A stretch of DNA of 64,000 nt, taken from the NCBI GenBank assembly GCA_963796685.1, contig CAWCMR010000011.1, positions 128,001 to 192,000 on the forward strand, written 5' to 3'. The notes under the pieces are model-generated. The model was not told the DNA's origin, searched no databases, and worked only from the letters and a program-made list of their open reading frames with translations. A program made the translations under genes and the position numbers. Positions 29,975-36,562 of the stretch are shown here, piece by piece. Position 1 is the stretch's first letter. The number at the start of each line of letters is the position of its first letter. This DNA comes from an uncultured delta proteobacterium (lineage in GTDB: Bacteria; Myxococcota_A; Polyangia; Fen-1088).

Positions 29975-31474
29975 TCATGGCTTCAGCACCTCGTATCTCG
30001 TGGATGAGCTCGCGCCCACCTTGCGCAACAATCCAAGCTCGGCCAGCTGCTTGAGGTGGCGCTGTGCCTTGCGGGCATCGAATCCCAAGTGCTCGGCATA
30101 CTCCATCCGCGTGACAGAAGTCTTCGTGGCCAGAAACGCCCAGCCTTGCTTCTCGTCGACGTTCAGGGCCCTCAGCACGTCGGCGTTCAAGGCACCAACC
30201 GCCGCCTGGGCGTGTCGGTAGATGGTCAGGTTCAGGTAAAGTCCATCGAACGCATACTTCGGCACGGGCAACCCATACCTGTCAGCAGCCTCGCCGAAAG
30301 TCCGCATGCCAAAGCCTCGCCCCTCCACCAGTCTTGTTCCGCCAAACGCGAACTGCAACTTGGGATTCCGGTTGTACATCGGCGCGGTGAATGCCTGCAT
30401 CTGCGCCACCGTGATGGGAGAAAGTGGCGCGCCTGGACTGCGCACCGTAACCGAATCCGACGTCACCACCAGATGGCAAGTAGCCCCTACCAGGTCGTAA
30501 TCACGATGCACGAGAGCATTGATGACCGCCTCTCGCACCAGCTCGAAGGGCAACGAGGGACGCTCCCGGCGGGTCATCCTGCTCCGGTCAATCACGGTCG
30601 GCAGCTTCGGACGTAGCCACGCCTCCATGCGGTCGGGAATCAGGATAGTCGGCCCATCGAAGTCCCGAATCTCGTGCGTGCCGTCGGGAAACTCTATCGT
30701 GGCATTCAGACCGGCGTGGTGCAAAACCTCGCGCGGGGCCTTTCCAAAAAGCAGCAATCCAAACCCAGTCGGTACCAGCTTCGAGCCGCGATGGCGAAGT
30801 AGTCCCTGGCGCTCAAGCCGTTGCAGAAACGTGGCCGACGTCGCCTTGTCCGGAATTTTCGTGCGTTCGCGATAGCGAGCCAAAGCGGCTGACGCCAAGT
30901 CGTCTAGCACCGCGCCAGCCAGCGCTTCATCCCAAGGTGAGAGCGGCGCGTGCTTGACGGCCTTCCCATCCTTGGCCTCGGCCGCGCGTTGCAATGCCTG
31001 GGCGATGAACTCCTTGTTCGCCTGACCTATTTGCTCCTGCAAATCAAGATCGAACAGGTAGACCTTGATGCCGTTCTCCTCCAGATACCGAATACCCTGT
31101 CGGTCCACGGCGGGGTCGGGGTCTTCGATGCCCACCCAAACCTCGGCAATCCTGGCGTCTACGATGCGTTCGGCACAGGCCAGTTTGGGATGTTTTCGCG
31201 CTCCTGGCGCGCAAGGTTCCAAGGTAGCGAACAACACCGAGCCATCGAGGCGCTCGTCACGATGCTTGCGCTCGAGCAGCGTGTATTCCGCATGGTCGCC
31301 GTGGCGAAGCTCGCCACGAAACGCGGTGTCGAGCGTTCCGTCCGGTTTCACCAGGACGGCACCCACCAACGGGCTCGCCTTCTTGTCGGCGCGCGGCTCG
31401 TTGACGGACAGCTTCATCACGTCGATGGCTTTCTCCATCATCTTGCGCGGGTCGAATTTGGACTTGGTGGGCAT
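29975..31474 (-). CDS. Zn-dependent deaminase fused to HATPase_c_4 (RecG-C-like) and HTH domains
   Basis: HAE and LEPC...C deaminase motifs, REAVINALVHRDY, SPG, RNP, EGRGFGM, terminal wHTH. Confidence 0.85.
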   Translation of the reverse strand: MPTKSKFDPRKMMEKAIDVMKLSVNEPRADKKASPLVGAVLVKPDGTLDTAFRGELRHGDHAEYTLLERKHRDERLDGSVLFATLEPCAPGARKHPKLACAERIVDARIAEVWVGIEDPDPAVDRQGIRYLEENGIKVYLFDLDLQEQIGQANKEFIAQALQRAAEAKDGKAVKHAPLSPWDEALAGAVLDDLASAALARYRERTKIPDKATSATFLQRLERQGLLRHRGSKLVPTGFGLLLFGKAPREVLHHAGLNATIEFPDGTHEIRDFDGPTILIPDRMEAWLRPKLPTVIDRSRMTRRERPSLPFELVREAVINALVHRDYDLVGATCHLVVTSDSVTVRSPGAPLSPITVAQMQAFTAPMYNRNPKLQFAFGGTRLVEGRGFGMRTFGEAADRYGLPVPKYAFDGLYLNLTIYRHAQAAVGALNADVLRALNVDEKQGWAFLATKTSVTRMEYAEHLGFDARKAQRHLKQLAELGLLRKVGASSSTRYEVLKP

Positions 31475-31920
31475 AGGTTACGACTTTTGCAGCCGCAGGC
31501 TCACCCGGTGCAAGGTGGTACCAGTGCGCGGACGCATCCACCCGTTGCCGATGATGTCGGGGATGACGTCGGTGAGCTCGGGGACTGTCTGAGCAGCAAC
31601 CTCCCCTGAAAGTTCCGCGTGGTGATTTCGACGAGGGCGTGCTCCGGAACGAATCGCGGTGGTCTGGACATACGTTGCTATCGGCCTGGAGGCGGGAAAG
31701 TTGCGCGTGCTTCCCCAGAAATCTCTGGCACCTTCTCCGGTGCCTCGAGCGGTGGGGGGCCAGCGTTCTTTTGGAAGGCGCACCCGGTGGAAGGCCAAGA
31801 ATCAGACTCCGGGGTCCTGACCGATGGTCGTTCAGCGCAGGCCGTGGCGTCCGGGGCCGGGCGTGTTTCCCATCCGCGACCATGGTCCGTGCGAGGAAGG
31901 GGGAGGGTTGTTTCTTTCTA

Positions 31921-31990
31921 CCTGACACCCCAAGCGTCGCCCGATAACAATGCGTGTCACTTGCCCGCCATGGAGGCGGGACTGGAGGTA
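31921..31990 (+). promoter_or_regulatory. Repeated promoter plus leader module, copy C, with RBS
   Basis: CTGACA...GATAACAAT...CACTTGCCCGCCATGGAGGCGGG hairpin, then GGAGG before ATG at 31994. Confidence 0.65.
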
Positions 31991-31993
31991 CCC

Positions 31994-32768
31994 ATGCGAA
32001 GTGTAAAACCCGCAATGGCCTCGGAGACGATGTTGGATCTGGGGCGCTATCACCTGGCCGCGCTGGCACGGGACGCGTGAGTACCGGTGGGCTTTGCCCA
32101 GCGGTACTCATCGCGGGAGATTGAAAGAACCCTCTCAGGGTTCTTTCATAGATTGCCGGGACCAAGGCATTGGCCAGCGCATTTCAGCCCGTGCAGGACG
32201 AGCTGCAAGCAGCGACCACAGCGCGCGTGGAAGCCGAAAAAGCGATGACCAATCCGCGTGTGGCTGTGCGCTTCGCCGAGAATGCGGTGGAGCGTGCGAT
32301 CCGTCAGGTGGCGCTGCTCGCCCACGGGGCGGACAACAACGCCACCGGTGGACCGGCGTTCAAGGCGTTGTTCCCGAATGGCCTCGACGCCGAGCTGCGC
32401 CCCATCGGCGCATCCCAAGTCTCGGCAGCCGTTACCTTGCGCGAGCGCCTCGACACCCAACCGGCCGCAGCCAAGGTCAAGGCGCAAGTCATGGACGACT
32501 TCGACAAGGCACTCGCCGCCTTCAGGTTGGCCATTGACGCCCGCCAAGCCGGCGAGACCAAAGTCAGCCAAGCCCGTGCCACCGAATTCGGCGCGCGCGA
32601 GCGCTTCGTCTCTGCCTACGACAGCAACATCGGAGCCATCAGGCAGCTCTTCCCGCGCGACCGCGCCCAGCAAGACCGGAACGAAGGCGGAATCGCGCCC
32701 AGCCACGCCTCGAACAACGGCGGAGGCGGTGATACACCGACCCCACCCACACCGGCGACCGACACTAG
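31994..32768 (+). pseudogene. All-helical hypothetical protein interrupted by an 80-nt insertion
   Basis: Removing 32077-32156 joins MRSVKP...LARDA to GTKALASAFQPVQDEL...LFPNGL...RQLFPRD in frame. Confidence 0.65.
32077..32156. mobile_element. 80-nt double-hairpin insertion (MITE- or IS-remnant-like)
   Basis: Hairpins at 32078-32110 and 32122-32148 (12-bp perfect stem). GC dinucleotide at both junctions. Excision restores the ORF. Confidence 0.55.
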
Positions 32769-32835
32769 GAGCAAGCAATTCCGGCCTTCACGGGCCGAAA
32801 CACGTGGAAACCGTCTCCTGGTCCACCCAGCAGGC

Positions 32836-33090
32836 GGTGACCACTCTGGAAATGGCCGTTGGGCCGACCTAGGTGGCATTTCCCGAAGTGGTGGATGCGC
32901 AGTGCGGCGGCCCAGGTGGGGGTGACCGTGGGGGAAAGGGGAGATGGGTGGACCTAGGTGGGGCTGCCCGCGGGGGAAGGGCAGGGTGGGTGGACCCAGG
33001 TCGGGCTGACAGCGGTGGGAATGGGAGATGGGTGGACCCAGGGGAGGTTGACCGGGGGGGGCCAGGGGAGGGTGACCACAGGTGGGGGAG
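32836..33090. repeat. Degenerate G-rich ~42-bp tandem repeat (~6 units)
   Basis: Units such as GGTGACCGTGGGGGAAAGGGGAGATGGGTGGACCTAGGTGGG at 32921, 32963 and 33005. Confidence 0.75.
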
Positions 33091-33205
33091 GGGAGTTGTG
33101 GTGTTGCGGCGATGGAACGTGTATTGCCAGCACTGGCCCATCGACAAATCGCTTGTCGCTCGACTACCAGCAACACGAATCGACGAGTCCGAGCAGGACG
33201 GAAGG

Positions 33206-34702
33206 TTACGCTGGAAAAGCGGTACGTCGCCGCGACCGACCGGACACCCAGTCATCTGCAATTGCCTGCGCTCCGTCGTGGTCCCCGGACAGTAGCTTTG
33301 TCACAGCCTTGCGGTAGGCGTTTCGGGCTCCTGAGAAAGTGGCTGGAACCGGCAGAGGCAGAGCGGCCAAGTCCCTTGGTTCAAACTTCAGCAGGCCATC
33401 TGCGTAAATCCGCCCTACCTTGAACGCCGCAGTTCTCGTGCGAGATGACAGCAATGCAAGACTCCACGCTGCCATTTCCTCGATCGTCTTGGCGCTCTTG
33501 AACCGCACGATGTAGAGAGTGTTCGTGGCAGCCAATCTAGGCATGGTCCGGAGCGAGAGCCACGGCCCATGGATGGACATTCCGCTGAGAAACCCGTCGA
33601 TACGTGCAGGCAATGGTACCCGGTACCACGGATCCCGCTGACTGACCTTGAACCCCCTGCGATGACAGCCGCCGCGTTCCTCTTGAAGCGAAAGGTAATC
33701 CTTCACCTTAGGGTGCCTGCAAACATTGGGCGAGGGGTCGAAGAGCCAGATTCTCTCTCCACTTTCGAGATGGATGTTCCACTCAATTGGCCCTATTTCG
33801 GCAGCCCGAAGCTGTCGGGCCTTGGTCAATACCGGTCTAACTGCGTCTAGTGGAAGCCCCAAGTCGCGCCTCTCGCTTTCCTTCAGCAGGAAGAAGTGAG
33901 CATCCCCTGTTACGCCTCCAATGAGAACCTCGGCCACGTCCCCGAACCGACGTTCGCAGGAAGTGCGGACACCGCATTCCTTTGTCGCAGGTTCTACTGC
34001 TTTGGGCGCTGGATGACTGAGCGACGCGGCGAGTTCGGCCGCTGTATCGCAGTCACGCCGACCGAAATGAACGTGCGGTTCGCCAAAACCACGTCCGACG
34101 ATGACGATGCACCCGTCTTGAACATCACCGAAGAGTCGATCTCTCGTCCGGAACACGTCAAACGAGCGAAACGCCCGAGGAATGCGCTCCCTCATGACTG
34201 AGGCATAGTCGGCGTGGTCCCAGGACGCCGGTAGGATGAAGCCCAGGTGGCCCCCCGTGCGAAGTCGCTGGAGAGCCCTGCAGAGAAACGCAACCCAGTA
34301 GTTGCTGCGCAAACGAATGCGCGATCCATTGGGAAGGCTCGTGACGAGTGCAGCGTCTCTCAGTCGTTTGGGAACCCGCCCTAAGGAGAGGTACGGCGGG
34401 TTGCAAATGATTCGATCGAAGAGATGATCCGAGATGTCGGCCCAAGCGACAAAGTCGACGCCCCTTCTCGTATGCGCTAGGCCATCAGCAAGCGACGAGC
34501 ATCTTTCGATATCGAACGCATGGATCCGCTCGCGGGCAACACCGGCACCGTGAAGCGCACGAAGAAACGCCCCCGTTCCAACGCAGGGGTCCAACCACCT
34601 ATCCGCGGGGCCGCCGTTGAGCGCCCGAACGAGTGCTGACGCGAGCGGAGGTGGTGTGTACACCGTCGCAGAAGAGAGCTTATCGAATGCAAAAGAGATC
34701 AT
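33206..34702 (-). CDS. N6-adenine DNA methyltransferase (gamma group, Eco57I/TaqI-like)
   Basis: YTPPPLA, motif I LDPCVGTGAF, motif IV NPPY, GFILPASW, C-terminal TRD-like region. Confidence 0.9.
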   Translation of the reverse strand: MISFAFDKLSSATVYTPPPLASALVRALNGGPADRWLDPCVGTGAFLRALHGAGVARERIHAFDIERCSSLADGLAHTRRGVDFVAWADISDHLFDRIICNPPYLSLGRVPKRLRDAALVTSLPNGSRIRLRSNYWVAFLCRALQRLRTGGHLGFILPASWDHADYASVMRERIPRAFRSFDVFRTRDRLFGDVQDGCIVIVGRGFGEPHVHFGRRDCDTAAELAASLSHPAPKAVEPATKECGVRTSCERRFGDVAEVLIGGVTGDAHFFLLKESERRDLGLPLDAVRPVLTKARQLRAAEIGPIEWNIHLESGERIWLFDPSPNVCRHPKVKDYLSLQEERGGCHRRGFKVSQRDPWYRVPLPARIDGFLSGMSIHGPWLSLRTMPRLAATNTLYIVRFKSAKTIEEMAAWSLALLSSRTRTAAFKVGRIYADGLLKFEPRDLAALPLPVPATFSGARNAYRKAVTKLLSGDHDGAQAIADDWVSGRSRRRTAFPA

Positions 34703-35424
34703 TCCTTCGCCACAAAGAGAGAGGTTGGCGGCATCGCGCGCTTAAGCACCACCCATGGTGAGCCTGCACTGTTCTTCAGTTCGTCGGTCTGCCATCTTGC
34801 GTACGCGGAAAGGCGATGCCCCTGCAGTGTGCGCCACCGTAACTGATGGTGGCTTTCTTTCGCGGCGAACTTCTCCCATTCTTCTTGGAACAGTTCCCCC
34901 AAGACAAACTCAACAACTACCATAGGCGTGGCAGGCAGGATTGGAATGCGCGGCACCGGTATTCCGCACGTGTCATGGATGTGCGAGTGAAAGAAGCAGC
35001 CTGGCGCGTCTCTTGCCCCAAGCTCCATTTTCCACCTCGTCAGCAGTGCCCCCTTTGCTTCGGGTGTTCCTCCGAACAGCGCGACGGCGGTTGAGGCCTT
35101 TCCCACAACGTAAAGATCCGGAAGATGCGAGTTCTTCTTGTGAGGGATACACGTGATCTCCCAGGTTGTCGCAATCTCCGCAAAGACTGGCTGTCCCGTG
35201 GCTTTGTCGTACTGAATGCTTGCCGCCGTAATCAGTGGATCGTCCTCCGGGATAGAGAGCACTCCCGTCCTTCTCGAGTCGCGAATCCGAGTCAAAAGCG
35301 AGCGGTACTCGCGCAGAACTCTTTCGGCTGTCGGGTAAAGAAACGATCGAGGCAATGACGCGACAAAATCGACTTCGGCGATTGTGTCTACGAAGCGATA
35401 CTGAAGTTCGCCCACCCCTGGCAT
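34699..35424 (-). CDS. Hypothetical protein with DUF2290-like C-terminal signature
   Basis: PGCFFHSHI...PRIPILPATPMVVVEFVLGELF...W. ATGA overlap with the MTase. Confidence 0.55.
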   Translation of the reverse strand: MPGVGELQYRFVDTIAEVDFVASLPRSFLYPTAERVLREYRSLLTRIRDSRRTGVLSIPEDDPLITAASIQYDKATGQPVFAEIATTWEITCIPHKKNSHLPDLYVVGKASTAVALFGGTPEAKGALLTRWKMELGARDAPGCFFHSHIHDTCGIPVPRIPILPATPMVVVEFVLGELFQEEWEKFAAKESHHQLRWRTLQGHRLSAYARWQTDELKNSAGSPWVVLKRAMPPTSLFVAKE

Positions 35425-35429
35425 GGTGC

Positions 35430-36557
35430 TCAGATCTCGGCCTTCTCGCGGTCGTCCTCGACTACCAGCGCACGCAGCCGGGGGTGCTCACGAACGTCGC
35501 CCAGCAATACCCACGCGGGTTCAGCGTAGGCCGGCCAGTCGTCCGGTTGAATTCTGACTGCAGCAGAAACCGGCACTGCGGGTTCAGTTGGTCTCAAGTC
35601 GACATCAAGGCATTGCACGGAGTCTTTGGCCTCTAGCCGCGCAGGAGGATGACCAGCGATACCTTCGAGTCGTTCGTGGAGCAACCTAAGATCAAACGGC
35701 CGCCCGGCAGTAATGTTCCACACGAATGCATCCACGCCCGGTCGCCACCAGTGTTTCCCCTGGAAGTCTTTGAGTATCCCCGTGTATCGGAACGGCAAAA
35801 GGGCCATTGAGAGCTCAGATCCGTCATCTTGAAGGTCCGCTTTGACCGCCATGGGATCGAGACGGAGGCGAATGGCGAGCCGGGAAGCGTCCATCAAGAA
35901 GCACGGGTACGGCAGGATGCGGTGGAGCATCCAGCGAACGAACGCTAGACCATGGCTGTGGCTCGACATATTGTGAATGGGCGGATGGCACTGCTCAATC
36001 TCGAGCCATGCACTGTCTCTCCACTCGGATTGCGACAGGCCGAGGAGTGATTCGACGGAATCCCGGAGTCCAGCAAAGTCGTCGGGGCTCCAATCCTGAG
36101 GAAGGAGTGCGACGGCTTCCGCTAGCGACAACACCTGAGAGTGGAGTCTATCTGCGTCCTTGTAGAAGACCCACTCGAGGTCATGCGCGGCTGCCAGAAC
36201 ATGATTCCGCAACTCAGTTGGGTGCCCCAAGCTTAGGTCTCCTGGGTGGCCGGAGTGGAGAGCGAAGGCCACCGGCGCTTGACTCTTCTTCCGCTTCAAG
36301 TGGTCTTTCAGAAGCGCTGCGAGGCCAAGACCGGAGTGCACTTGGCATGCAAAAGGAAGGTTGTCGCGCTCCGGCCAAACCTCGAGCCGAAGGTCCAGAA
36401 GGACTAGTTGCCTCCCCAGAAGATCACGCTCTTCAAGTTCCTGCGGATGAAGCGCTGTTACCTTGGCGGCATCGCCGAACTCCGCCTGCAGGGCAGTCCC
36501 GACCGTCGACTCATCATCAGCCACCAGAATCTTTAACGGTGTTTGCGCAATAGCCAT
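35430..36557 (-). CDS. Response-regulator receiver domain plus large uncharacterised C-terminal domain
   Basis: KILVADDE, LVLLDLRL (phosphoacceptor D), HSGH and FYK positions intact. No recognisable HTH output domain. Confidence 0.8.
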   Translation of the reverse strand: MAIAQTPLKILVADDESTVGTALQAEFGDAAKVTALHPQELEERDLLGRQLVLLDLRLEVWPERDNLPFACQVHSGLGLAALLKDHLKRKKSQAPVAFALHSGHPGDLSLGHPTELRNHVLAAAHDLEWVFYKDADRLHSQVLSLAEAVALLPQDWSPDDFAGLRDSVESLLGLSQSEWRDSAWLEIEQCHPPIHNMSSHSHGLAFVRWMLHRILPYPCFLMDASRLAIRLRLDPMAVKADLQDDGSELSMALLPFRYTGILKDFQGKHWWRPGVDAFVWNITAGRPFDLRLLHERLEGIAGHPPARLEAKDSVQCLDVDLRPTEPAVPVSAAVRIQPDDWPAYAEPAWVLLGDVREHPRLRALVVEDDREKAEI

Positions 36558-36562
36558 TGGTC

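Noticed and set aside
29975-31474. Riboflavin biosynthesis RibD
   Set aside because: Lacks the reductase domain and rib context, and carries HATPase_c_4 and HTH domains instead.
32077-32115. Group II intron 3' end (domain VI) on the minus strand
   Set aside because: No bulged A, no domain V and no RT nearby.
32836-33090. CRISPR array
   Set aside because: Units are contiguous and degenerate, with no unique spacers and no cas genes in the window.
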